A DNA stretch of 64,000 bases from Methanobacteriota archaeon (GTDB lineage: Archaea > Thermoplasmatota > Thermoplasmata > Methanomassiliicoccales > Methanomethylophilaceae): the NCBI GenBank assembly GCA_023402275.1, contig JAEXCH010000010.1, positions 3,842-67,841 on the forward strand, written 5' to 3'. Positions 1 through 9,902 of this stretch are shown piece after piece. Positions within the stretch are counted from its first letter, which is position 1; the number at the start of each line of letters is the position of its first letter. The position numbers and the translations under genes were made by a program. The notes under the pieces were generated by a model, which saw only the letters and a program-made list of their open reading frames with translations, was not told the DNA's origin and made no database searches.

Positions 1-3000
1 GAATCTACAACTACAATCATGATGTCGGAACCTACATATCCGGCACAGGGTACAACGGGGTCTTCAATTACGGGACCAACTATTCTCCGACAATATCCGA
101 TCTCATATTCAACGGATGGTATGTCCTGAACAACGGATCAACTTTCAGCGACATAGTTGCTGTATCCAACGGAACAAATGCAACAACTCCATATCCTGAC
201 GTCTATGGAACAAAGAAGAGATTGGAACCAGGTACAGTGGTTGCTGGACACATGTCCTTGATGGCCTTGTATGTCGCAGAGGTGGAATTCTATTTCAATG
301 AGGCGGACGGGGTCGCATCCAGTGTCGCGTCTCCGACACCTTATTCGGTGATGGTCCCGGCCTCAACGCCGACATTACTGGGTGATGCATACTTCAACAC
401 ATTGAATCTTGCAATGCAGAATGCTGATAGTATTGGGGAAACATACAAATTCGATACAGGGGGCAACAGGATGTTGTTCATGGGATGGTACGTATCGAAT
501 GATGGAAGCACCTCTCCTGTATCGACAGATGTCATGTATGGACCGACAACGACCATAACCAACAGCGTCAAGTTGATCGCAGGATGGGGGATAACAGTAT
601 CATTCAGCAACGGTGGCACACCCAGTATAACAGATGTCAATACCAGCATGGACTGGATACCAGGAAACTATGGTTTCGTGGTCCTTCAGGGAACGATATT
701 CGACACCACACATGCTGATATGCCTGATGTGATGCAGGGTAGTAAGGTCCCAACCTCATGGTATGATAAGGAGACAAGTCCATACACATGGTATACTGAC
801 AGTATAACAGCATACACATACAGCGTGACGTTGATACCTGAGTTCAAGGACCTTTTCCAATTCAACATGATGGGAGGGAATCTTGGAACGGTCTATGTTG
901 CATATTCATCATCAGAGACATTCCAGGAGGTCCTGGACCGTCTGTTCGAAAGCCTATACAATAACGTGAACTATCTGGAGATAACAAAATCCGGATTGTA
1001 CTATCAGAATGATGGAACGATCAAGAATCCCGGCGAGAAACCGAATGCCATTTGGTACAAGGATGATGGCGACCCGACCACAGATCACACAACGAATCCA
1101 TCGATAGTATATGTAGGAGCGAATGAGGCCGATCTTGTAAAATGGAATCCCAGTGATCTCGTAGGAACTGACATCCACGCATACATAAGATGGATGGCGG
1201 ACGTAAGTTTCGACAGGAATGTTCCCGATGCCGATGTTGATGCCGGTACATCCGCACATCCGCAGAAGATAACCGGTGTTGATGAAGGGACTCCGTTCTC
1301 ATCGTTATCCTCGATGGTACAAGGTTCATTGACCTACAACACAGCAAATGACAAGACGTTCAAAGGATGGTATGAAGGAGCTGTAAAATACTCCGATCCG
1401 GACGGTACGCCTGCAATAGGTGCACCGAACGTAACAGGCAACCTTACCCTTCTTGCAAAATGGAGTGTCGAGGTGAAATTCTATTATACCGGATCCCTGT
1501 CTTCATTGGGAGGCACTACAGGAATAGATGGCATAGGCACTTATGTGATCATCGAGGTAGGATCGAACAATAAGGTGGGTGTACCATCGTTGACGAAGGC
1601 CGGATTCACATCCGGGCATCTGCTCTGGTATGATAATGGAATTGATGGTATAGTGCCGATAAATATCAGTGGATTCACACATTCCGATGCACCGGAGAGT
1701 TTCGATATCACCCAGGACATATTCGTGAACAAAGTGCTCTACGGAAGATGGTATGCTGACGTTGAGTTCGACCTTTCCGCCAGCAACTCCAGCGGGTTCT
1801 TCACAAGCCTGACCAAGTATCTGTTGGAGGGATCGAAGCTCTCGGAGATAAACGAGGATCTCGATCCCTTTGTGAATGATGTTCAAAAATCGGACTGGAA
1901 CTTTGTGGGCTGGTTCGATAACAGGACAGCGACATCAAGCTACGAGGACCTCGGTATACAATACTACAGAACATCATTCGATTATCTTCCGAATGATGGA
2001 ATCACGCCGACCGATTCGACATCGGTCCATGTGACAGGGAATGTAAAACTTGCAAGCGAATATGTGGTCCTGGTGGATTTCGATTCCGGGTATGAACCCG
2101 GTGAATCCATAGATTCCCAGTATCTGCGTGTGACCCAGCCCATTCCGGATATCACAAGCCCAAGGTTCACTGCCAAACCGACAAGATCCGATGTCACTTT
2201 CATGGGATGGTTCGATACATCCAACGGAAAGAAGCACACAGCGGATGTTCGCGATAGTGATTCTCCCAATACGGAGATGGTCATGAGATCAATGACCCTG
2301 AGGGCAGCATGGTTGGTCACTGTCAGTTTCCATGATCTGGAAGGATACAGGATCAACGGTCTCCAGTTCGCATTGACATCCACGATCATTCAGTATGCAG
2401 GTACCGACGGTATCATGAACACGAATGATGACTATTTCGAAATGGCAGAAGGTACATCGATAAGACAGTTCATAACCGTGGATCCCACAGTGAATGGTAA
2501 GACATTCATATCCTGGTTCGTTGAACAGGGTACACCCAATGGTCTGTACGATGATGGAGATATACTCTACGGATTGAATGATAGGATAACAAGCGACATA
2601 GTCCTGTCCGCAGGATATGGATTTGTGATCCACTTCGATACGAAGGGTGGTACACCTTCGACCATGGCCGATAGGATGGTCATAGAGGGACAAGCGTTGG
2701 TCCTCCCGGAGAAACCGTCAAAGGGAAGCCTGACATTCGAGGGATGGAACGATGGATCGATCACCACAGCTGCTGGACAGACCGTGATCCCAACGTCAGA
2801 GACCACATATTCCGCAAAATGGATAGTAGTGGTCAAGATGTACGATGGCATATCATCCTCGCCCGTAATCTCAATGCAGTGGTATGAGGAGGACGGACCC
2901 AGTTTCATATATTGTCTGACAACAAGCCCAGATTATGACAACAATATCGTGACCGTCACAATAAGATACACAGATATCACTGGAACGCATGAGTTCAAGG

Positions 3001-4385
3001 TCGAGAAGTTCATAGACAGATATGACACATCGATCAATGATTGGGTCTCGTTGTATTCTGTATTCGACGGATGGTTCGACCCTCTCACAGGAGAATACCT
3101 GGCACCGACAGACGATCTTTCAGATATGTTCTCATCGGGTTCGGATTCCCATGCTCTCTTGGCAACTTGGAAAGAGAGAGTGAGATTCTACGAAGGAAAC
3201 AGCCTATTGAAGTCAGAATATGTGAACACAGGTACCTATCTCTCAGCGGAGGTCCCGAATATGATAAGCGGATGGTCCGACATATACAGTCCGACCGTAC
3301 CGTTGAACCCAGATACTTACAGGATAATCAACAGCACTGATTTCTTGGAGATCGGATTCATAACTGTCACATTCGATGCAAATGGAGGTTCACCATCACA
3401 ACAGGTGTTCTCGAACATAGTATCAGGTACCATGATCGGAGCGATAGGTCCTATCGAACCCATCCGCAGCGGGATGTATTTCTCGGGATGGTATGACGGC
3501 AACACAAGATTCTCCTTTACCGATAAGGTGTATGGAGACATCACGTTGGTCGCAAAGTGGGACTCGGTGCCTGTTGATAGGCATACGATATTCGCCACCG
3601 CACATTCCAATGCCCACATCTCTCCGGAAGGCATGATAAGAGCATTGGACGGCGACAGGGTATCGTTCGACTTCTATGTGGATAAGGGATATACTCTGGA
3701 ACTGTTCGTGGACGGCATCCAGGTACAGACCGATCGTTCATCATACACCTTCGACAGAGTGAACAAAGATCATCTGATAGAGGTTAGAGCGGTGCATACG
3801 GACTCGAAGGAAGCAATACACTTCCTGACTGTGGACTGCAATGGAAGGGGAGAGGTCCTTTACAGTAAGGACGGGGGAGCGACATTCATCAGTTACTCTT
3901 CGCCTTTTCCGTTGTACGAAGGTGTGGAGTACATACTGAAGGCAGTACCGTTCGGGACAAGCTACTTTGACAGATGGAGCGGTGACCTATCTGGAACCAA
4001 TCCCGAGATGATCGTATCATACGACGGGAATGCTGATGTGAATGTCACGGCCAACTTCGGAAGTGCGACAGGTGCAGGATTCGGAAGCGGAAGCATGGGA
4101 ATACTGAACATGATATGTGTCATACTGTCCCTGGCAGCAGGCATAATCGTTCTGACATTCGCATACAAGAGGAACTATGAGGGTACAGGCGTCGGAAAAT
4201 CATTGAGGATGTCCGCCCTTCTGGTAGGACTCATATCCGTGGTGTTGTTCCTGATGACACAAGGTTTCTCAGGCTCATACATCCCGTATGACGAATGGAC
4301 CCTGCCTATGGGGATATTGCTGGCAATAACCCTGATACTGTCCGCAGTGAGTTTCAAGTATGATTACGACAAGAAGGAACAGTGA
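1..4385 (+). CDS. Large adhesin-like surface protein with Listeria-Bacteroides (Flg_new / InlB B-repeat) repeats; 5' end lies outside the window
   Basis: The frame of ORF 222..4385 stays open back to base 3 (includes FNGWYVLNNGSTF), so the gene is truncated by the window edge. It has 13 or more repeats of about 70-90 aa with F-x-GW(Y/F) cores (FMGWYVSNDG, FKGWYEGA, FVGWFDNRT, FMGWFDTSNG, FDGWFDPLTG, FSGWYDGNT) and L-x-A-x-W repeat ends (LLAKW, LRAAW, LVAKW). Three hydrophobic segments occupy the last ~100 aa. Confidence 0.8.
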   Translation, partial: IYNYNHDVGTYISGTGYNGVFNYGTNYSPTISDLIFNGWYVLNNGSTFSDIVAVSNGTNATTPYPDVYGTKKRLEPGTVVAGHMSLMALYVAEVEFYFNEADGVASSVASPTPYSVMVPASTPTLLGDAYFNTLNLAMQNADSIGETYKFDTGGNRMLFMGWYVSNDGSTSPVSTDVMYGPTTTITNSVKLIAGWGITVSFSNGGTPSITDVNTSMDWIPGNYGFVVLQGTIFDTTHADMPDVMQGSKVPTSWYDKETSPYTWYTDSITAYTYSVTLIPEFKDLFQFNMMGGNLGTVYVAYSSSETFQEVLDRLFESLYNNVNYLEITKSGLYYQNDGTIKNPGEKPNAIWYKDDGDPTTDHTTNPSIVYVGANEADLVKWNPSDLVGTDIHAYIRWMADVSFDRNVPDADVDAGTSAHPQKITGVDEGTPFSSLSSMVQGSLTYNTANDKTFKGWYEGAVKYSDPDGTPAIGAPNVTGNLTLLAKWSVEVKFYYTGSLSSLGGTTGIDGIGTYVIIEVGSNNKVGVPSLTKAGFTSGHLLWYDNGIDGIVPINISGFTHSDAPESFDITQDIFVNKVLYGRWYADVEFDLSASNSSGFFTSLTKYLLEGSKLSEINEDLDPFVNDVQKSDWNFVGWFDNRTATSSYEDLGIQYYRTSFDYLPNDGITPTDSTSVHVTGNVKLASEYVVLVDFDSGYEPGESIDSQYLRVTQPIPDITSPRFTAKPTRSDVTFMGWFDTSNGKKHTADVRDSDSPNTEMVMRSMTLRAAWLVTVSFHDLEGYRINGLQFALTSTIIQYAGTDGIMNTNDDYFEMAEGTSIRQFITVDPTVNGKTFISWFVEQGTPNGLYDDGDILYGLNDRITSDIVLSAGYGFVIHFDTKGGTPSTMADRMVIEGQALVLPEKPSKGSLTFEGWNDGSITTAAGQTVIPTSETTYSAKWIVVVKMYDGISSSPVISMQWYEEDGPSFIYCLTTSPDYDNNIVTVTIRYTDITGTHEFKVEKFIDRYDTSINDWVSLYSVFDGWFDPLTGEYLAPTDDLSDMFSSGSDSHALLATWKERVRFYEGNSLLKSEYVNTGTYLSAEVPNMISGWSDIYSPTVPLNPDTYRIINSTDFLEIGFITVTFDANGGSPSQQVFSNIVSGTMIGAIGPIEPIRSGMYFSGWYDGNTRFSFTDKVYGDITLVAKWDSVPVDRHTIFATAHSNAHISPEGMIRALDGDRVSFDFYVDKGYTLELFVDGIQVQTDRSSYTFDRVNKDHLIEVRAVHTDSKEAIHFLTVDCNGRGEVLYSKDGGATFISYSSPFPLYEGVEYILKAVPFGTSYFDRWSGDLSGTNPEMIVSYDGNADVNVTANFGSATGAGFGSGSMGILNMICVILSLAAGIIVLTFAYKRNYEGTGVGKSLRMSALLVGLISVVLFLMTQGFSGSYIPYDEWTLPMGILLAITLILSAVSFKYDYDKKEQ

Positions 4386-4398
4386 AAAGATTTACAAA

Positions 4399-4430
4399 GA
4401 GGGTGTTCACACCCTCACTTTAATTTTTTT
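4399..4430 (+). terminator. Hairpin plus T-tract after the adhesin gene
   Basis: Perfect 7-bp stem gagggtg/caccctc with ttca loop (4399-4416), then ttttttt at 4424-4430. Confidence 0.5.
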
Positions 4431-4512
4431 ATCATATCATAAATTAACATATTACCCAATGTGCAAATCATCAGTACAAATAACTTAAATACCCTTACTA
4501 AATCTGTTTTTT

Positions 4513-5154
4513 GTGGCAGTTCATCAGATATCGACTGAATCCCTCTTCGGTTCGAATATATACCTCATAGTCGGAGATAGGACCGTACTCATAGACACAG
4601 GAGTAGATGGAGACAACTCAAAGAACATTGCACGGATCAAAGAGGTCCTCGGAGATAGAGGACTGGATATCATCATACTCACCCATTTCCACTATGATCA
4701 TATAGGTGGTCTGAAAGGAATGGTCGAAGAGTTTGGATCGGAAGCGATGGCAGGGGCAGGAGATGCGCCATATATTGCCAATGCGGATCCAAAATACACC
4801 CTATCGGACATGTTCGACGGAGAACTCTATAGCATGGACATAACCGAATTGGTCGAAGGAGACGTGATCGATCTGGGAGATCATAGGCTGCGTGTGATAA
4901 GCACCCCTGGGCATACATGCGGGGGGATATGCCTTTATGATGAGGTCACACGTTCTCTGTTCTCGGGGGACACGGTGTTCAGCTATGGTGTGGGAAGGAC
5001 CGACTTTCCCTCAGGCTCGAAAAATGAATTGATAGGGTCACTGAGGAAACTCAGTGAATTGGATGTCGGTACGCTGTATCCAGGGCATTCCGAGATAACA
5101 GAAGAAGGTAATAGGGCGATAAAATACGGCCTGATGATGATGGGAGGATTTTGA
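4513..5154 (+). CDS. MBL-fold metallo-hydrolase
   Basis: HxHxDH motif THFHYDHIGG, then PGHTCG and GDTVF; GTG start. Confidence 0.8.
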   Translation: MAVHQISTESLFGSNIYLIVGDRTVLIDTGVDGDNSKNIARIKEVLGDRGLDIIILTHFHYDHIGGLKGMVEEFGSEAMAGAGDAPYIANADPKYTLSDMFDGELYSMDITELVEGDVIDLGDHRLRVISTPGHTCGGICLYDEVTRSLFSGDTVFSYGVGRTDFPSGSKNELIGSLRKLSELDVGTLYPGHSEITEEGNRAIKYGLMMMGGF

Positions 5155-5793
5155 TTGAAGATAGTAAAGTGCGATTTAGCGAAAGGGTTCACCGAGAACT
5201 GTGCGAATGCGGTTGCTGATATAGCCGAGGAAGTGGCTTCAGGCAATCTTATAGTGTATCCTACCGAAACTGTATACGGGATAGGAGCGGACATATTCAA
5301 CGAGGTCGCTGTTAAGAATCTGTTCCTTGCAAAGAACAGACCTTTCGATATGGCACTGTCCGTAGCTGTAAGCGACAGGAAGATGATGGAAAACATCGCA
5401 GTTCTGGATGAGAACGCCGATAAATTGATAGATGCATTCCTACCCGGACCATTGACAATAATAATCGAGAAGAAACCCGACGTCCCGGACCTTGTGACCG
5501 CAATGTCAAAGAAGGTAGGGATAAGGATGCCGGACCATCCGGTTGCAATGGAGATCATAAAGAGAACAGGCCCTATAGTTGCAACATCAGCGAATCTGCA
5601 TTCACATCCCGATGCTACCGATATCGATTCGGCAGTGAAGGACCTGGGGGATGCCGTCAGTATGTATGTTGACGCAGGACCCAGCCCATTGAAGAAACCC
5701 TCGACGATCGTTTGGATAATGAATGGAGAGGTCGAGATAGTCAGACAGGGTGCGATAACGATCAAAGAGATAGAGGATGTCCTCGATGCTTAA
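5155..5793 (+). CDS. tsaC: L-threonylcarbamoyladenylate synthase, YrdC/Sua5 domain only
   Basis: YPTETVYGIGAD, KNRPFDMALSV, PGPLTII, VGIRMPDHP, ATSANLHSHP. At 212 aa it has no Sua5 C-terminal domain. Confidence 0.8.
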   Translation: MKIVKCDLAKGFTENCANAVADIAEEVASGNLIVYPTETVYGIGADIFNEVAVKNLFLAKNRPFDMALSVAVSDRKMMENIAVLDENADKLIDAFLPGPLTIIIEKKPDVPDLVTAMSKKVGIRMPDHPVAMEIIKRTGPIVATSANLHSHPDATDIDSAVKDLGDAVSMYVDAGPSPLKKPSTIVWIMNGEVEIVRQGAITIKEIEDVLDA

Positions 5794-6676
5794 TCCTGAA
5801 GAGTTAACAAAGCTAAGGAAAGCAGGAGAGGTCGCAGCCCAGGCAAGGGATATCGGAATGGACCTTGTGAAAGAAGGTGCGAAACTCTACGATGTTGCTC
5901 AAGAGGTCGAAGGACACATAAGGTCCAAAGGTTGCGGTCTGGCATTCCCATGTAACATAAGCATCAACGAGATCGCAGCACATTATACTCCCTCGGTGAA
6001 CGACACCAAGGTGTTCGAGGTAGGGGATGTCGTAAAGATCGACTGCGGTGCGGAACTGGACGGATATGTAGGGGATACGGCAGGTACGGTCGAGGTTGGA
6101 ACAAGAAGATACCGCGATCTCATAGAAGCATCGAAACGTGCCAGAGATACGGTTGCGGAGTTCGTAGGCGTAGGAACACCTATGGGAGAGATAGGAAGAG
6201 CAGTGGAGATGAGTATCAATCAGGGCGGATTCAAACCCATACAGAATCTCTGCGGCCATCAGATAAAACCATATAATCTGCATGCAGGCGTATCAATACC
6301 CAGTTACTATGATGGGAACACCAACAGATTGACACAGGGGATGATAGTTGCGATAGAACCCTTCGCTACGAACGGTGAGGGAGTGGTCGTCAATGGACCT
6401 CCTGGGAATATTGTAAGGATACTTAGGGAGAGGAAACTCGCAGATCCCAAGGCTCAGGAATTCTTCGAATATGCGAAGGAGGAATTCAAGACCTTCCCGT
6501 TCTGTGCCAGAAGCTGTGATTTCTATGATTCCGAAAAGCACGTCAAGACACTGATAAGGCACGGTGTCCTGTCAAGCTACGCTCAACTCATTGAGGCGAA
6601 GAAAGGCATCGTATCCCAACATGAGCATACGTTCTACATCTCCGGTGAAAGAGCGGAGATCATGACTCTTCCTTGA
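5777..6676 (+). CDS. map: Type 2 methionine aminopeptidase, copy 1
   Basis: AFPCNISINEIAAHYTP, DCGAELDGYVGDTA, CGHQI, EPFATNG, EHTFYI. Overlaps the tsaC 3' end by 17 nt. Confidence 0.9.
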   Translation: MSSMLNPEELTKLRKAGEVAAQARDIGMDLVKEGAKLYDVAQEVEGHIRSKGCGLAFPCNISINEIAAHYTPSVNDTKVFEVGDVVKIDCGAELDGYVGDTAGTVEVGTRRYRDLIEASKRARDTVAEFVGVGTPMGEIGRAVEMSINQGGFKPIQNLCGHQIKPYNLHAGVSIPSYYDGNTNRLTQGMIVAIEPFATNGEGVVVNGPPGNIVRILRERKLADPKAQEFFEYAKEEFKTFPFCARSCDFYDSEKHVKTLIRHGVLSSYAQLIEAKKGIVSQHEHTFYISGERAEIMTLP

Positions 6677-6759
6677 TGCGTATCATGTATCCGTGAGAGA
6701 TCACATGTTCCTTTGAAGGCAAACATGAAATAATCATAATCCTAGTAAGGGACGTTATA

Positions 6760-7650
6760 ATGCTGAATTCCGAAGAATTGATCAAACTGAGAAAGGCCGG
6801 AGAGGTTGCAGCCCAGGCGAGGGAATTAGGTCTAGGGATGATCAAGGAAGGAGCAAAGCTATACGATGTTGCTCAAGAGGTCGAAGGATACATACGTTCG
6901 AAAGGCTGCGGATTGGCATTCCCATGTAATATCAGCATCAACGAGATCGCAGCTCATTATACCCCTTCTGTGAATGACACCAAGGTCTTTGAGATCGGCG
7001 ACGTTGTCAAACTGGACTGCGGAGCGGAATTGGATGGATTCATTGGAGACACTGCAGGTACTGTCGAAGTGGGAACAAGAAGGTACCGTGAACTGATAGA
7101 GGCATCGAAACGTGCCAGAGATACTGTTGCTGAATTCGTTGGTATCGGAACCCCCATCGGAGAGATCGGAGGTGCGGTGGAGATGAGCATAGCTCAAAGC
7201 GGGTTCAAACCTATAGAGAACCTATGCGGACATCAGATAGAGCAATACAAACTGCATGCAGGGATATCGATCCCTAACTACCATGACGGAAATGATGACA
7301 GACTCAAGGAAGGAATGATCATTGCTGTGGAACCATTCGCAACGAATGGGGAAGGAATAGTCGTGGATGGACCTCCGGGAAACATAGTCAGAATGATAAG
7401 GGAAAAGGAAATCTCTGATCCAAAGGCACAGGAATTCCTTGATTATGTGAAGGATGAATTCAGATCATTCGCATTCTGTGCCAGAAGCTGTGATTTCACG
7501 AATGCCGAGAAGCACGTGAAGACACTGATAAGACATGGGGTGTTGTCAAGTTATTCTCAGATGATCGAGATCAGAAAAGGTATCGTATCCCAACATGAAC
7601 ACACCTTCTATATATCAGGAAAGCGCGCAGAAGTGACAACTCTTCCATAA
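6760..7650 (+). CDS. map: Type 2 methionine aminopeptidase, copy 2 (tandem paralog)
   Basis: Carries the same motifs as copy 1 and is collinear over its whole length, with most positions identical by eye. Confidence 0.9.
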   Translation: MLNSEELIKLRKAGEVAAQARELGLGMIKEGAKLYDVAQEVEGYIRSKGCGLAFPCNISINEIAAHYTPSVNDTKVFEIGDVVKLDCGAELDGFIGDTAGTVEVGTRRYRELIEASKRARDTVAEFVGIGTPIGEIGGAVEMSIAQSGFKPIENLCGHQIEQYKLHAGISIPNYHDGNDDRLKEGMIIAVEPFATNGEGIVVDGPPGNIVRMIREKEISDPKAQEFLDYVKDEFRSFAFCARSCDFTNAEKHVKTLIRHGVLSSYSQMIEIRKGIVSQHEHTFYISGKRAEVTTLP

Positions 7651-7689
7651 AGGTTTATTTATCATTTGATGCTACGAGGTGTAAGCAAA

Positions 7690-7777
7690 GCCGAGGTTGC
7701 CAAGCCTGGTCAAAGGCGATGGACTCAAGATCCATTCTCGTAGGAGTTCACCGGTTCGAATCCGGTCCTCGGCACCA
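7690..7777 (+). tRNA. tRNA-Leu (anticodon CAA), CCA encoded
   Basis: Acceptor GCCGAGG/CCTCGGC; anticodon arm ATGGA-CTCAAGA-TCCAT; long variable arm; T arm ACCGG-TTCGAAT-CCGGT; discriminator A, then CCA at 7775-7777. Confidence 0.9.
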
Positions 7778-8039
7778 TATAATCATCACTGCTCGCTACT
7801 CAAATCTTGTTGTTTCTGTTCGTGGTGGGTGTTATTAAAAGAGGTCGATTTATTGGAAACAACACTTTACAAATTACCGAAATTCACAGTGGAATACGAT
7901 AATATTCCATTAATACAATTTAGTGGAAAGGAATTACCCGCTGTAGTGATTTCCTGAACACGATGAGGGTTTCAAAGAAAAAGAAATCAATAACCTGTGT
8001 TATATTGCAACATTATTAGGATGCTGAGGGGTTAATACA

Positions 8040-9902
8040 ATGAAAGAAGGAGTGTTTTCAACAGGACAGACAAAATCGATATACAAGACAAATGAAACGA
8101 TGCCCTTATCATCCGAACAGCAATTTTTTATTGATAAAGCTCTTGATGGGCATAATATCCTTGTTAATGCTTGTATAGGGAGTGGGAAAACAACAGCCAT
8201 TCAGCGCCTTTGTGACGAATTACCGACAGGGAAAAGAATTCTATATCTAACATACAACAAGCTACTAAAGGTCGATGCTCAATCAAAGATAAAAAATACA
8301 AATGTCAAAGTGAGCAATTACCACGGGTTTGCATTCGGAGTGTTGAAAAAACAAAACATTAATGTCGGCGTATCTGATTTGATTCAGACATTCATAAAAA
8401 AGAAACCAAAATTAGACTGCTATGATGTTTTGATAATTGACGAATATCAAGACATCGAAGAGGAAATTTCGAAATTACTTCTCCACATTAGATCAACAAA
8501 CCCAGCAATGCAGATAATAGCCGTAGGGGACATGGAACAGAAGATCTACGATAAAACCACGTTATCTGTGCCAGAATTCATCGAAGGGTTTTTAGGCGAG
8601 CATATCAAGTTAGAATTTACTCATTGTTTCAGACTATCTCCTGATCTGGCTGCCACGCTCGGCCGGATATGGGGCAAAAGCATCATTGGCGTAAATAAAA
8701 ATTGTATTGTTCAGGAAATGAGCGTTAGCGATGTGATCAAGTTCTTATCGACACAGGACCCGAGTGATATTTTGTGTCTAGGTGCACGGGTAGGAGATCT
8801 CTCTACGGCATTGAATGCGTTAGAGCAAGATTATCCGGACAAATTCAACAAAAAAACTGTATATGCGAGCATATCTGAAAAAGATGGAGTAGGGGCAGTA
8901 CAGCCAAAATCAACATCTGGGATATTTACAACATTTGACAGCAGCAAAGGTCTGGAGCGCAGGATATGTGTTGTATTTGATTTCGTTGAATCATACTGGC
9001 AAGTAAGGATCACCAAGCCAAATCAGTCCTATAAGATACTACGCAACATCTTCTGTGTTGCGGCAAGTCGCGGCAAAGAAAGAATCATATTTGTCACCAG
9101 CGGAGAAGCAAGACTCTCTGAGCAAACATTGTCAACAGACACTTCTCAAAACGATATATTTGATGATGTAGACATTTCAGAAATGTTCGATTTTAAATAC
9201 AAAGAAGATGTGGAAAAATGTTATTCGTTGCTGGACGTCAAGCCACTTACCATACCCGAAAACAGTTCAGAAATTTTGATAACGAACAAGGATGGGTTGA
9301 TCGATCTTTCTCCCTGCATCGGAATATACCAGGAAGCTGTGTTTTTCAAAGATTATGATATCAATAAATCGATTGAATTGTGGCTTGAGATCAACAAAGA
9401 TAAAAAATATCTGTATAGAGAAAGGGATGAAAATCTACCGTTGGACAAAAAGATTCTATTTCTTACTTCGCTTGAAACTTCACAGAATCGTTATCTAAAT
9501 CAAGTTACTACACCTTTTGTAAATGACATTGAAAGACAACGAATTGTTGAAAGATTAGGCTCAACCTTCACTACCGATGAAATTGTGCAATATCCGTGTA
9601 TTATCGATTTTTCAGATAAAAACGGTAAACATCTGTTTTCAGCACAAGGATTTACTGACGTCATAAAAAATGGCATGGTGTATGAATTGAAGTTTGTACA
9701 TGAGTTAACTCACGAACATTTCCTGCAATGTGCTTGTTATGTCGTAGCGTTAGGACTCAAAAAAGGCATTCTTTGGAATGTTCGAACAAACATAAAATAT
9801 GAAATTCAAATATTAAACAAATCTAAATTTCTGGATGCGGTTGCAAAAACGACCACCAAAGGATTTTTGAAGAAATATTATGGGCCAAGGGAGGAAAGAT
9901 AA
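8040..9902 (+). CDS. SF1 (UvrD/Rep-like) helicase fused to a C-terminal PD-(D/E)xK nuclease domain
   Basis: Walker A CIGSGKTT; motif II VLIIDEYQD; motif III VGDMEQKIY; FTHCFRLS; FTTFDSSKGLERRICVVFD; CVAASRGKERIIFV. The C-terminal ~230 aa carry FTDVI...MVYELKF...QCACY, a D..ELK..QxxxY pattern as in RecB/Cas4-type nucleases. The coding sequence is AT-rich. Confidence 0.75.
   Translation: MKEGVFSTGQTKSIYKTNETMPLSSEQQFFIDKALDGHNILVNACIGSGKTTAIQRLCDELPTGKRILYLTYNKLLKVDAQSKIKNTNVKVSNYHGFAFGVLKKQNINVGVSDLIQTFIKKKPKLDCYDVLIIDEYQDIEEEISKLLLHIRSTNPAMQIIAVGDMEQKIYDKTTLSVPEFIEGFLGEHIKLEFTHCFRLSPDLAATLGRIWGKSIIGVNKNCIVQEMSVSDVIKFLSTQDPSDILCLGARVGDLSTALNALEQDYPDKFNKKTVYASISEKDGVGAVQPKSTSGIFTTFDSSKGLERRICVVFDFVESYWQVRITKPNQSYKILRNIFCVAASRGKERIIFVTSGEARLSEQTLSTDTSQNDIFDDVDISEMFDFKYKEDVEKCYSLLDVKPLTIPENSSEILITNKDGLIDLSPCIGIYQEAVFFKDYDINKSIELWLEINKDKKYLYRERDENLPLDKKILFLTSLETSQNRYLNQVTTPFVNDIERQRIVERLGSTFTTDEIVQYPCIIDFSDKNGKHLFSAQGFTDVIKNGMVYELKFVHELTHEHFLQCACYVVALGLKKGILWNVRTNIKYEIQILNKSKFLDAVAKTTTKGFLKKYYGPREER

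Noticed and set aside
4983-5765. 260-aa ORF antisense to tsaC.
   Set aside because: It lies fully inside and opposite a gene with clear YrdC motifs. The translation is low complexity and Ser/Ile/Phe-rich, typical of a shadow ORF.
7697-7957. 86-aa ORF on the + strand.
   Set aside because: Its first third is the tRNA-Leu gene read as protein. The rest is AT-rich leader with no coding character.
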